Of a stretch of 64,000 nt of DNA, positions 13,575-26,825 are shown one piece after another. Source of the stretch: Eledone cirrhosa. Taxonomy: Eukaryota. The notes under the pieces were generated by a model. The model was not told the origin of the DNA, ran no database searches, and saw nothing but the letters and a program-made list of their open reading frames with translations. The position numbers and the translations under genes are program-made. Location of the stretch: NCBI GenBank assembly GCA_964016885.1, contig OZ024743.1:26412001-26476000 (forward strand). The letters are read 5' to 3'. Numbering within the stretch: position 1 is the stretch's first letter; every line of letters starts with the position of its first letter.

Positions 13575-13811
13575 ATCAGTTGTTAGCTGCCGAGATACTG
13601 CATCCTTTAAAACCTCCATGCTTCCTGAAATTCGCCAACACTCTACCTAATAACACTCACACATACACACTCACACATGTATATCATGACTCATACACTG
13701 TTCATTTATTTTCCTGACATTTGTACATTATTCTATGTACTATACATGCACCTTTCATGAGTTGTAGTGCACCTGAGCACTGTACACAATAATTTCATTA
13801 TTATTATTATA
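13575..13811 (+). mobile_element. 3' fragment of the same CR1-type LINE
   Basis: Matches 52825-53053 (catcagttgttagctg...gcacctgagcactgtacacaataatttcattattatt). Confidence 0.85.
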
Positions 13812-13836
13812 ATGGCATGAGTTTGAATATATATAT

Positions 13837-15505
13837 CATCATCATCATCGTTTCATGTCTATCTTCCACGCTAGCATGGGTTTAGACGGGAATTGTACCA
13901 CTTGAGGCAAGATTTGGTTGTCTTGCTAGTATAGGACTGTCTGGCAGGTTTTCTACAGCTGGATGCCCTTCCTAACATCAACCACGTTTACAGTGTGGAC
14001 TGGGAGGTTTTTACCGTGTTACCTACACGGCCACATTACAGCGTGGACTGTGTATTTTTTTGTTGTGACACCTACACGACCTCATTTATTTTGGATTGGA
14101 TGTTGTGGTACCAACATAACTTTACAGAGAAAGGGGTGGTGAAGATGGAGGTTGGAGTAGGGGAAGTGTGGATGGGGGTGTATTTTTGGTTAAGAGGTGC
14201 CTACTGACTGTAGGTTTCGCTTTGTACATAGGCAAGGCGGGTCTTCTGTATTACTGTGTAGCGCCAAAGATCTCGGTCCAGTGACATTGTCTTGGAGAGG
14301 TGTAAGTGTGTAAGGTCGGAATTTATCAAATCGTCCCAGGTTTTTCTGGGTCTGCTTACTCCGTAGCTTCCATCAATTTTGATCGCCCTGCCCTTTTTTA
14401 TACAGCTGTCGTCTTTCATGCGCATCACATGACCATACCAACATAGTCTTCTCTCGAGTAAACAGCATCTGATCCCTCTTATTTCTAATTTCTCACTTAG
14501 TTCATTTATGCTTTGCCGTTCACGTATATTACTATTACACATCCAACGGAGCATGCAAGCTTCGTTCCTCTCCAGTCTGCGCAGATCCTCTGCACACAAT
14601 GCCCATGTCTCACTGCCATGTAACATTGCTGTTCATATACAGGCAGTATACAGTCTACCTTTCATTTTTAGAGAGAAACCTTTAGCGGCCAATAATGGTA
14701 TAAGCTCTCTGAACTTTTTCCATCCCGTTCTGACTCTGGCTACTGTACTTTCAGAGCACCCTCCACCACTGCTGATTTTGTCACCCAGGTAACGGAAGGT
14801 ATCCACTATTTCTATAAAACCATCTGGACAATGGAACGAGCTAGTATCCTGTGGGCACTTGCTACTTATTGCACCTGAGCACTGGCCACATATAAAATAT
14901 ATGTTCTTAGTTAGCTTGCCTGTGATCCCATTACATCTTTTATGCACCCATATTTTGCATTTGGGACATAAAATGGAGTTTCTGCCTACTCCTTTCCTAC
15001 ACACTGAGCATGGCCATTTCCCAGAGGGGACCAGTGCCCTATTTTCTTTCCTACATAATAGAACTTTAGTCTTAGCCAAGTTAACTTTAAGGCCTTTTGA
15101 TTCTCGGCCATGCTTCCATGTTTGGAATTTCTTCTCTAGTTCAGCCAACGATTCAGCTATGAGCATTAGGTTATCTGCATATAGAAGTTCCCATGGGCAG
15201 CCGGTCTTGAACTCCTCTGTTATAGTCTGAAGGGCAATAATAAATAGTAGGGGGCTAAGGACAGAGCCCTGATGAACACCAACTTTTACGTTAAATTCTT
15301 CACTATATTCGTTGTTAACTCTAACCTTGCTGGCTGTTTCTTTATACATGGCATTCATCAGCACCTAGTTTTCTAAGGGCCCACCAGATAATGGAGAGGG
15401 GACTCTGTCAAAGGCTTTCTCCAAGTTGACAAAAGCTAAGTATAGGGGTTTACTTTTAGCTAGGTACTTCTCCTGTACTTGTCGTACAAGGAAAAGAGTG
15501 TCTGT

Positions 15506-15508
<3 letters not shown>
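13837..15508 (-). mobile_element. 5'-truncated RTE LINE copy
   Basis: ORFs 14633-15364 and 14201-14626 encode the RT C-terminal half (GVHQGSVLSP, LLYADNL, FRYLGD, WYGHV). Same 3' UTR and (GAT)n tail as the other copies. Confidence 0.92.
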
Positions 15509-15543
<35 letters not shown>

Positions 15544-15707
15544 GTGACAAAATCAGCAGTGGTGGAGGGTGCTCTGAAAGTACAGTATATATAGTTAAAT
15601 CTTAGAGAGGAACAAAAACAGAGAGGCAGTACAAATAGTGGTTTATTAGGTTCACGCTTTTGAAAGTGTGTGTGTGTGTGAGGGGTGGGGGTGATATATA
15701 TATAAAT

Positions 15708-16042
15708 GGAGGCACATGGCTTAGTGGTTAAAGCATTGGCCTTGCAATCGAAAGGTTGTGAGTTCAATTCTCAGACCGGGTGATGTGTTGTTTCCTTCAG
15801 CAAGACACTTTATTTCACATTGCTCCAGTTTACTCAGCTGTAGAAATGAGATGATAGGACTGGTGTCCATATTATTCCACTGCAAAGTGGTCGTGGAGAT
15901 GCCACGGCAAAAAAAGCACCCAGCACTCACTGTAAAAATGAGGTTGGTGTTAGGAAGGGCATCCAGCTGTAGAAATCAAGCCAGAATCAGTTCCCATCCT
16001 ACCCTTGCAAGCAGGGGAAAAGCGGACATAAAATGAAATGAT
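15708..16042 (+). mobile_element. tRNA-derived SINE family A (RTE-like tail)
   Basis: A box TGGCTTAGTGG, B box GAGTTCAATTC; tail ttaggaagggcatccagctgtagaaa resembles the RTE 3' UTR. Confidence 0.85.
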
Positions 16043-16061
16043 ATATACACTGTATCTCATT

Positions 16062-16110
<49 letters not shown>

Positions 16111-17420
16111 CAATAAAAACATACATGGAGAACAAATTACTAAAGATCTTATTAAGGTTAATGCTTAGGGAAATGAGGAAAAAATTGTCTTCAATGTATT
16201 GAATGTTAGTCCTTCATCGGGGAAAAATGAGAGTGAGAGCGAGGGTAGGGACAAAGATGTGAGTGCATCAAGATGGAGATGTGCGTTTTTCATACATGAA
16301 AGCTTGTTTGAAGTAGCAGAGGCTAAGTGTGTGGGTCCATCAATGGTGCTGGTGTGTGTATGTATCCCTCTGCCTATAAGTATGTGCTGATTTATCTATA
16401 ATTGTGAGGATGTGTGGTGTGTGAGTCCATATATGTGTATGTTCATGTGTGCCTATATCTGTATCTTGTTTACATTTTTGTGTGTGTCGGGGCGAGTTTA
16501 TGCCTGTGTGTCCGGGCATGTGTCTATATATGTATGTGCGTGTGGAAGACTGAAAGGTGGTCAGAGAAGTGGCCAGGTAAGTTGAAGGGTTGACTTATTA
16601 GTTTCATCAACAACATTTAGTTTACCAGCTTAGGTCAGCCAGTAAAGGTTATATATACTGTCCCTCTACTTTATATTAATACAGAGGTAGGGAACCTGTG
16701 ACCTCCTGAAAGACTAAATGTGGTTTTCTGAATGAAGCCCAACATTCAAAGGCAAACCTTCATATTGGAGTACATTCTTGCTGATTTCATTATATTTAAC
16801 TTCTATCTTTTCAACTCATTATTTCTCATAAAAAAAACACACTTATATTTGTTTATTTACATGTTGTGGGCCCCAGGTCCATCTGAGCACTCAGAACATA
16901 TGAAAGCAAAAATGTTCCCCACTACCACTACCACCCACTCAGTAGCTCTGCTTGAGTACTGACTTGATCTGTAACAAGACATCCAACTCTGACTAACAGG
17001 GAGAAAAGGTAACGATGTTGATGATGATGATGATGATTATAATGATGATGATGTGAGTTAATTTCAATGCAGCCTTCCAGTGTAAAAACGTTCACTAATC
17101 CTGGCAAATATATTAAAAATTTAGAATCCTAAATTTGTGACTTTTGACAAATTATAAAACTGAGTTTACATTCTTCTATTTATAATGATCTTGACAAATT
17201 TCTTATCTCTTATTGCTCCTTGTGTAGTTACATGTAAGCAAGGGCAACACTTTGAATAAACAAAGCTGGTATGACAGTTTCCAGAGTGTTTACTGATAGC
17301 AAAAGCAGATATCTAATCAAAAATATGGTCATAATAATATGTCAGAAAACAAACTATATCTTTTACACATGAAATGGCTGAGAAATACAAAACCTGTTAC
17401 AGATTATAAAATCAAGATCT

Positions 17421-17800
17421 ATCATCATCATCATTTTACGTCTGCTTTTCCCTGCTTGCAAGGGTGGGACGGGAACTGATTCTGGCTTGATTTCTACAGC
17501 TGGATGCCCTTCCTAACACCAACCTCATTTACAGTGAGTGCTAGGTGCTTTTTTTCCGTGGCGCCTACACGTCCACTTTACAGTGTGGGCTGGGTGCTTT
17601 TTTGCCATGGCACCTCCACGACCACTTTGCAGTGGAATGATAGGGCCCCCAGTCCTATCATCTCATACAGCTGAGTAAACTAGAGCAATGTGAAATAAAG
17701 TGTCTTGCTCAAGGAAACACCACATCACCCGGTCTGAGAATTGAACTCACAACCTTTCGATTACAAGCCCAATGCTCTAACCACTAAGCCATGTGCCTCC
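17421..17800 (-). mobile_element. SINE family A copy
   Basis: Full head-to-(GAT)n copy of the 15708 element. Confidence 0.85.
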
Positions 17801-18239
17801 ATATGTCTGTATTTTTCATAAAATATTCACTCTAAGACATTTTCTGAATATATATTAGTTTCTGCAGGCAGCAAATTGGCAGAAGTGTTAGAATGTCAGA
17901 TAGAATGCTTTGTGGTGTTTGTTATGGTTTTCCAAGCTCTGAGTTCAAAATCCATTGAGGTCAACTTTGCCTTTCATCTTTTCATGGTCGATAAAAAAAA
18001 TGCCAATCCAGTACTGAGGTTGATTCTTCCTCTATATCTCTTCTCACTTCCTTCATATCATTCTTTCTGTCCTTCTCTGGAAGAAATTAGCAGTGTTCAG
18101 ACCTAGAGAGGTGATGGACTCCAGCAGGTTTTAAATGCACAAGACACACTGTATGTTACTATGGTATCTCTACAAATCCTTTAGGAGTTACAAGACCATA
18201 CATACATTAGTTTCTGCACTTTTGTATTAGGTGAAGTGT

Positions 18240-18820
18240 CCAGTACATGAAATAGGAAGAGTGTCAGTTAGCTTAGTAAGGATTTTGTTATGAGGAAGTA
18301 TGCAGCTTACATGTCTGGAAGAGAAAAGTCTGTTGTGGTGTTAGTAGAAGAGACAAGGAGAAAATACAACTTGGGTAATGTAGGATAATGGTAGAGTGCA
18401 AGCTTGCAAATCAGGAAAACTATGCTCTTCTGGGTAGAGATACAGTCCAGAATGTTTGTGTGTGTACGATCAAGTCCACCCAGATATGTGAGATGTATAC
18501 TATTCTACAGTGGATTGTAATTCTGCCTTGAATAAAGTCAATAGCTGTTCAGGGCAGTAAAATCTTCTCCCCCAAAAAGAGAAGATCTAGTCTTTGAGAA
18601 ACAGTTTTGTGGTCTCCATGAAAGGTCAACAGAAATTATAAAGCCTGGCATTTGTAAAGTTTGAGAAAGTTTCAAGTTTTTCATGAGTGAGGAGAAGGTA
18701 ACATTGTGAGTTGTTTCCTTCATATGTTGGAGTGTTTTTGGTACTGTTGAAAGATAACAGGTTTCTATGCCTTTGTTAGATGGTGTAAGGTTCTGCTCCC
18801 TCCACTCCTCTTTCAAAAAA
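18240..18820 (-). pseudogene. Highly degenerate LINE RT remnant
   Basis: Fragmentary similarity to LINE RT C-terminal motifs (..PGFIISVDLSWRP..). Confidence 0.35.
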
Positions 18821-20449
18821 TGATGTAAAAAAATAGTGTAAGAGACAGAAGAAAACTATGAAGCACACCAGATTTTGTAATAAACAATATTAGTGTGATG
18901 CTGTAAAATACTAGCACTGTTTATAAAAGGAAGTTAGATTTATTTTATATTGTATCAACCTAATATGGCAGCGAATTGGCAGAGTCATTAGGACGTCGGA
19001 TAGAATGCTTTGTAGTATTCATTTCGGCACTCTGCTCTCTGAGTTCAAATCCCGCCAAGGTCAACTTTGCCTTTCATCCATTAATGGTCGATAAAAAAAG
19101 AACCAGTCAAGTACTGGGGTTGATTCTTCCTCTTTATCTCTTTCTCATTTCCTTTCTCTCACTCTCTCTATCCTTCTCTGGAAGAAATCTACTGTATTCA
19201 GGCCTGCAGAGGTTTAGAAAATGCCCTAGCAAAGCCATATGTCAATATAGCGCCCCTACAACTCCCAGGAGTTATGGGTCCATACCATACCATACCTTCA
19301 ACCCTAAGATATTACTGTTATCTCTTGTCAATCACTGAAAGGTGTCATTTATGCTTTTTTATTGTTGTTGTATAGGAGGTAACCAATTAAATGTTTAACC
19401 TGAAAATATATTTGCACATCTCATAGGATATTTTATTTTACACAGCATCTAGGGGTATGTTTTTGTCTAATACACATACACACACATGGATGTAGGCAGG
19501 CCTCCAAGAGAAATTTTGCAAGGCAGTACAAGACCCATTTGGGGCCCGAAGCAGGGAAAGATTTTTCTCAAAATGGATATTGAGTGGTTGCTATGGGGCC
19601 TTTTTAGCTCTTGGGCCCTGGAACAAAGTACAGGCTGGATCCCCCACCCCTCTCATAGGCCCTGGAGGTAGTTATGGTCAAGAAGTTTGTTTCACAATTG
19701 TGAGGTTCTGGCATCTTGGAAAAGTATATTCTATTATAATCTAGAGTCATCTCAATGCTTTTGAGTGAAATTTGGTATACAGAAACAGTGTGAAGCCTGT
19801 CAAATGAACTATAGCTGTAACTCAAAAGTGCAGTTTTGTCATTCTGTGTCATGCTTATTTCACTTAAGAACTACATTAAGGATGCATGAGTCTATGGAAA
19901 CTACAGGTACTATTCATGCTAAACTAAATGGTAGGTTGCTCAGTTCATCAAAATCATGGATATTCATACATCAATGTTGATGAAAAATTATCATATCAAG
20001 GGTGGTGGAAGCATTTCTGAAGGGGGGGGGGGGGGGGGTTCAATTTAGTTGTAGTAATTAGTTTAGCTGTTATTATCAAATATCAACCAGGATATAAAAA
20101 AAAACTTTGATATGCAATAAACATAACATGTACACAAATTGTAACGCATATTCAAATAGATATGTGTTTTGATAGTTTAGGGAGAAAAATATAATTATTG
20201 TGTGGGGAGTTGGTCCATAGCCCCACTGCCACCCCCCCCCCCCCCCACCCCCACCCCAACCGCCCCAGTTCCACTGTCCCTGCATATATATATATTTGTA
20301 AGCAAGTATTTTTTGTTGTCAAAATATTTTTACATATTGTCTCACAGTGACAAGGCCTTTGATCAATTTACTTTGATAATGCCGACTATATAGCTTGTGT
20401 ATTTTTACTCAGTGTAGATTCCTGACATTAATGTGTATATTTATATTAA

Positions 20450-20637
20450 GGCGGTGGATTGGCAGTATCGGTAGAGGGTCGGACGCCATGCTTTCCAGCA
20501 TAGTTACGTCCCTTTACGATCTGAGTTCAAATCCCGCCGAGGTTGACTTTGCCTTTCATCCTTACGGGGTCGATAAAATAAAGTACCAGTAATGCACTGG
20601 GTAATTGCTGGCCTTGTGCCTAAAGTAGAAACAATTA
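20450..20637 (+). mobile_element. tRNA-derived SINE family B (representative copy)
   Basis: ggcggtggattggcagtatcggtagag...B box GAGTTCAAATCC...gtagaaacaatta. Further copies at about 1345-1508, 3700-3952, 6662-7127, 8050, 11371-11553, 17866, 18967, 24470, 47246-47351 and 57917-58033. Confidence 0.85.
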
Positions 20638-20861
20638 ATGTGTATATTTATGTATGGATATCATCATCATCATCACCATTTTACACCCGTTTGTCCATGC
20701 TAGCATTGGTTAGACAAGTTGTCCTGTTGTGGGCAATGCTAGGTCAGATGACTATGTCTTGCTCAAACAGAACTGATTAGGGCTTGGTTTCTACTGCTGG
20801 ATACCCTTCCTAATGCCAACCTCATTTACAGTGAGTACTATATATATATGTGTGTGTGCAT

Positions 20862-21180
20862 ATCATCATCATTTTACGTCCGCTTTTCCCTGCTTGCAAG
20901 GGTGGGACGGGAACTGATTCTGGCTTGATTTCTACAGCTGGATGCCCTTCCTAACACCAACCGCATTTACAGCGAGTGCTGGGTGCTTTTTTTTCCGTGG
21001 CGCCTACACGTCCACTTTACAGTGTGGTGCTTTTTTGCCGTGGCACCTCCACGACCACTTTGCAGTGGAATGATAGGGACCCCAGTCCTATCATCTCATT
21101 TCTACAGCTGAGTAAACTAGAGCAATGTGAAATAAAGTGTCTTGCTCAAGGAAACAACACATCACCCGGTCTGAGAATTG

Positions 21181-21181
<1 letters not shown>
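20862..21181 (-). mobile_element. SINE family A copy, head truncated at (TA)n
   Basis: Near-identical to 17421-17745. Confidence 0.8.
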
Positions 21182-21228
<47 letters not shown>

Positions 21229-21236
21229 TTATATAT

Positions 21237-24148
21237 AGATCAGGGGAACACGCCAGTCAGATAGATTATATCCTTACCAGAAGATGTGATAGAGTGTCTG
21301 TTCTAAACACTAAATCCCTCCCCCAGGAAGAATGCACCTCCCAACATAGACTCATAGTCAGCGACCTCATAGTCAAAACAAGACGTACTCGACAACAGAG
21401 GAGGACTATCCTCGGGAGAAAAATATGGAAGCTAAAGGACCCCACAGCCAGTAATAAATTTAAAAGCATATTACTTGATGCTTTCGACAGTAAGGAAGAG
21501 CAATTACAGTCGTACAATATAGAAGAACAGTGGAAATTCCTGAAAGCTAACCTGCTGAAGGCGGCAGATGAAGTCTGTGGCTGGAGCAGGCCTATAGGCA
21601 GGAGGAGAGTAATGTGGTGGTGGAACAGTAAGGTGGAGGAGTCAATTAAGGCCAAAAAGCAGGCTTGCAAAGTATGGCAGGATGGGGGAAGTAGAGAAGA
21701 CTATCAAGTGGCCAGGAGGGAAGCTAGGAGACAAGTGTATTTCGCAAGAAGGGAAGCAGAGGAAAGAAAGTTCAAGCATGTTCTACAACGCGAGGCAATG
21801 TGTCAAGGAAAACCATGATATTGTCGGGAAGAAGTGTGTCCTTAATGATGATGGTGTACTTGCCATCACTGACGCTGATAAGAAGGTAGCTTAGAAGTGT
21901 CACTACGAAAGGCTACTAAATGAGGAGAATAAATGGGAGAAAGACAGTCTCCTCCACATCGATCCAATAGAGGGACCAGCAGTGCTAGTTGAAGGGAGTA
22001 TAATAAGTCAGGCAATCAAAAATATGAAGATGGGTAAGGCAGCTGGGCCTTCGGAAATAGTTGCTGAAATGCTGAAAGCATCTGGAACGGTGGGACACAC
22101 TATGGTCACCCGGATAGTAAACCAAGTCATACAGAATGAGGCCGTTCCGAAGGACTGGAGTAGCATCATTAACTGCTACAAGGCTAAAGGAGATGCCCTA
22201 GATAGGGGTAACTATAGAGGCATTAAATTAATCGACCAGGTCATGAAGGTCACAGAAAAAGTAATAGCGCAACTAATCAGAGAACAAATTGATCTAGATG
22301 AAATGCAGTTCGGGTTTGTATCAGGTAAAAGTACCACAGACGCTCTCTTCATTGTACGACAACTACAGGAGAAGTACCTAGCTAAGAGTAAACCCCTATA
22401 CTTAGCTTTTGTTGACTTGGAGAAAGCCTTTGACAGAGTCCCCCACTGCATTATCTGGTGGGCTCTTAGAAAACTAGGTGTTGATGAATGGCTTGTGAGA
22501 GCTATACAAGCCATGTATAAAGAAACAGTCAGCAAGGTTAGAATTAACAACGAATATAGTGAAGAGTTTAGCGTAAAAGTTGGTGTTTATCAGGGCTCCG
22601 TTCTTAATCCCCTACTATTTATTATTGCCCTTCAGGCTATAACAGTAGAGTTCAAGACCGGCTGCCCATGGGAACTCCTATACGCAGATGATCTAATGCT
22701 CATAGCTGAATCAATGGCTGAACTAGAGAAGAAATTCCAAACATGGAAGCATGGCCTAGAATCAAAAGGCCTTAAAGTTAACTTGTCTAAGACTAAAGTT
22801 CTAGTTTGTAGGAAGGAAAATAGGGTACCGGTCCCATCTGGGAAATGTCCATGCTCAGTGTGTAGGAAAGGAGTAGGCAGAAACTCCATTTTATGTCCCA
22901 AATGCAAAGTATAGGTGCATAAAAGATGTAGTGGGATCACAGGTAAGCTAACTAAGAATATAGATTTTATATGTGGCCGGTGCTCTGGTGCAATAAGTAG
23001 CAACAAGTGCCCACAGAATACTAGCTCATTCCATTGCACAGATGGTTCTATAGAAATAGTGGACACCTTCCGTTACCTGGGTGACAAAATCAGCAGTGGT
23101 GGAAGGTGCTCTGAAAGTACAATAGCTAGAGTCAGAACGGGATGGAAAAAGTTCAGAGAGCTTATACCATTATTGGCCGCTAAAGGGTTCTCTCTAAAAA
23201 TGAAAGGCAGGCTGTATGATGCCTGCATACGAACAGCAATGTTACATGGCAGTGAGACCTGGGCATTGCGTGCAGAAGATATACGCAGACTGGAGAGGAA
23301 CGAAGCTTGCATGCTCCGCTGGATGTGTAATAATAATATACGTGAACGGCAAAGCATAAACGAACTAAGGGAGAAATTAGGAATAAGAGGGATCAAATGT
23401 TGTTTAATCGAGAGAAGACTACGTTGGTACGGTCACGTGATGCGCATGAAAGACGACAGCGGTATAAAAATGTTGAGGGCGATAAAAATAGACAGTAGCC
23501 ACGGAGTAGGCAGACCCAGAAAAACCTGGGACGACTTGATAAATTCCGACCTCACACTTCTCCAAGACAATGTCACTGGACCGAGATCTTTGGTGCTACA
23601 CAGTAATACAGAAGACCCGCCTTGCCTAAGTTCAAAGCGAAACCTACAGTCAGTAGGCACCTCTAACAAAAATACACCCCCGTCCCACTACCCCCACCCC
23701 ATCCACACCACCCCCTTAAATGTGAAGTTATGTTGGTACCACAACATCCAGTCCGAAACAAATGAGGTCGTGTAGGTGTCACGACAAAAAAACACACAGT
23801 CCACGCTGTAATGTGGCTGTGTAGGTAACACGGTAAAAACCTCCCAGTCCACACTGTAAATGTGGTTGGTGTTGGGAAGGGCATCCAGCCGTAGAAAACC
23901 CGCCAGACATGTTGGTGTCACGACAAAAAAACACACAGTCCATGCTGTAATGTGGCCGTGTAGGTAACACGGTAAAAACCTCCCAGTCCACATTATAAAC
24001 GTGGTTGATGTTAGGAAGGGCATCCAGCCGTAGAAAACCTGCCAGACAGTCCTATACGAGCAGGACAACCAATCTTGCCTCAAGTGGGAAAACTCCCGTC
24101 CAAACCCATGCAAGCGTGGAAGATGGACGTTAAACGATGATGATGATA
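21237..24148 (+). mobile_element. 5'-truncated RTE LINE copy
   Basis: Nearly identical translations to the 27.8-31.7 kb copy (ORFs 21982-22914 and 22915-23775). Starts right after a (TA)n tract and ends in (GAT)n. Tandem duplication of ~139 bp in the 3' UTR (about 23775-24046). Confidence 0.93.
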
Positions 24149-24614
24149 TAAAACCAAAAATCAGTGATGCATCTGGACTCAATTTATTGCGTGCTACAAT
24201 TGTTTTGCCAGCAGGTACCTCGAGACATGGTCCCTGTATGGATCTGGCTGATTCTATGGCTGCAGATTCCTTCGGACACGGGTAGTTCGTTCAGAGCAAA
24301 TTTTATCACTATATATATATATGTATATATATATACACACACACACACATCTATGAGTGTGCAAAGGTACCTGATATAGTGGTTAGATAGTTCAGTTCAT
24401 GGTCCAGTTGTTCCATTAGTCAAATAGATGGGACACTCATTGTAACAATCAACAGAAGTCATTCTGGTTCTCTGAGTTCAAATCCCGCCAAGGTCAACTT
24501 TGACTTTCATCCTTTTGAGGTGGAAGAAAAAAAAGTACCAGTCTAGTACTGGGTGGATTCTTCCTCTACTTTCTATCTTTCTATAAATCTGCTGTACTCA
24601 GGCCTGGAGAAGGG

Positions 24615-25820
24615 TGCCATTAAGTGTTTCAAAATTTGATGCCAATAATGTTTTTCTAACCTAATTTTCTGTTGGTCAATATCATGAATTGTTTTTCCTT
24701 TAGCTAAGTGTAGTTGAAGTTCACGCTAAGATTGATAGTTTTCTAAATGATCAGCATTTGAAGAAAGAATTGACCAAATATTCTTCCAGTTTTTTTTAAT
24801 CTGGTTGTTGGAGAGATGATGCACCATTTATTTTGCTGAATAACTTACAGCAAAAACAAAACACCACATCTTTTGAGGTTGAATATCTCAACCATTGGTG
24901 GCGTACTTCATCGTTTGTCAGTCTCCTCTTGTAGTGTATAGGAGAAAATCTGTTTTTTTAGTCTTTGGGAAAATCATCTAATACAACCTGTTGTACTAGA
25001 AGCTGTCACAAATTATCATTAGAACAGGAGGGTCATGTGGCAGGATCATTGTAATCCAAGTTTGGTGCTGTAACATCTTTTTTTGTGAGACTTTGCAGCT
25101 GCATCTTCTTTCCTATAAGACTTCGAGAAATATCCTCATGTTGAGCAATGATGATATCCTCATGTTGAGCAATGATGATACAAAACTTACCAAATGTTCC
25201 CAGACCTTTCTTCTTGTCAAGTTCCTGAAGCATAAGTTCCTAAAAGCAGACATGGCAGCCAAAATCATTGGTTTGGCCCTTTGATATCACTCCATCCAAA
25301 ATATGATTTCAGTAGAAATGACACGTTTAAAACCTTATCTTACGATAAAATATTAATTCACAGCAGAATTGCCCCAGCAATAATTTTAAAAGATTGTCGA
25401 GGCTTCCAAACGACTTAAAGAAATTTACCTTATTATTCCACAATGCTTCAAGCAAACTTCAATACTCTCTTAAAAGATTTATTTTCAACATCTTATACAA
25501 TCTACAAGGTAAAGATTTTTCTATCACGGACGTTAAAATACTCCACACAGGCCATTTCTTTTCTTCTCTATACCATTAAAATATAAAGTTATCCACTTCA
25601 ATTTGGTGTCCGCAGCAAACTGAAGTTTTCGTATACGCATGATTCCACGGAAAAACTCGGTCTATAAAAACACGCGAACGTAATTGCGTCCTGAAAGTTT
25701 CATATATGCGTGATTTTCACTCACTCATTTTGCTTGTTCCAGTCCAACTGAATCTACCCACTTATTTCTCCCTGTGTGAAATAAAACAGGATAAAAAATG
25801 ACTCTGAATAAAATTGAAAT

Positions 25821-25852
<32 letters not shown>

Positions 25853-25960
25853 TTTTCAAAATTTTGTTGATTTAGCCTAGGTGGCTGAGTAGTTTGCCTA
25901 TATGGTAGCACCGACCCTGCATACATACATATATTTGCCTATATGGTAGCACCGACCCTG
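24615..25960 (-). mobile_element. hAT (Tip100/ZMYM1-like) DNA transposon remnant, 5' part
   Basis: Minus strand ~24955-24615 reads NRFSPIHYKRRLTNDEVRHQWLRYSTSKDVVFCFCCKLF...NWKN...RELQLHLAKGKTI...EKHYWHQILKHL (TTF-type zinc finger region). hAT-like terminus CAGGGTCGGTGCTACC at 25960 and again at 25919. Confidence 0.75.
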
Positions 25961-26112
25961 CATACATACATATATTTTCCTTTCACGTATAAGAAAGGAG
26001 GCAATTAAAAAAAATGATATCAAGTTAGAATTGTCAAAATCCTATGAGCAGAATGACAGTAAAAAAAAAAAAAGGCACTACAACGAAAGCAGGCGAAGGT
26101 GACGTCATTTGT

Positions 26113-26825
26113 CATCGTTTATTTCCGTATTACTACCACCACGCGTAAGTGGAGTTTTCACGCGTTTTTTTATTTTTTTTATTAAAGCATATCGATGTAA
26201 GTGGAGTTACTTAAATGAAAATATAGGTGGCCCTTAAAAGGGCCAAATTGTTAATGGAATTAACCATCGCGATCTTTCCATCGCTACCGCTACTACAGCA
26301 GATACCATCAATCTCCATGGGGACTGTATCCATGCTTTTGAATAAGGTTGGTGAAAAAAATTTGTTTTCTAAACATTTCTTCATAAAGGGTTGGTGAAAA
26401 AAATTTGATAACTATAAATTTGTTTTCTAATTTGGCCCTTTTAAGGGCCACCTATATTTTCATTTAAGTTAACTCCACTGTTGGTGAAAATGCCTTGTTT
26501 TCTACATTGATAACCATGACTATGAAAATATAAATGATTAAATCCAATTTATTTGATAACCATGACTTGTTTTCTGATTAACTTAAATTTGTTTTCTAAT
26601 TTGGTCCTTTTAAGGGCCACCTATATTTTCATTTAAGTAACTCCACTTACATCGATATGCTTTAATAAAAAAAATATATATATAAAAAAACGCGTGATAT
26701 TTTCATTTAAGTAATTCCACTTACATCTATATACTTTAATAAAAAAAATCAAAAAAAATCCACTTACGCGTGGTAGTAATACGGAAATAAACGATGTTTT
26801 GCTTTCATCGGCTACTTCGACTGAC
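26113..26825. repeat. Rearranged cluster of a repeat carrying histone-type stem-loops (one minus, two plus copies)
   Basis: GGCCCTTTTAAGGGCCACC at 26244-26226(-) and 26434-26452(+); GGTCC variant at 26603-26621(+). Shared downstream sequence tatattttcatttaag...gtagtaatacggaaataaacg. Confidence 0.85.

Noticed and set aside
15708-15780. tRNA genes at SINE heads
   Set aside because: A and B boxes are present, but the acceptor stem is incomplete and the sequence continues into a multi-copy SINE body.
26245-26440. Histone gene or pseudogene upstream of the stem-loops
   Set aside because: I could not read any H1/H2A/H2B/H3/H4-like peptide 5' of the stem-loops.
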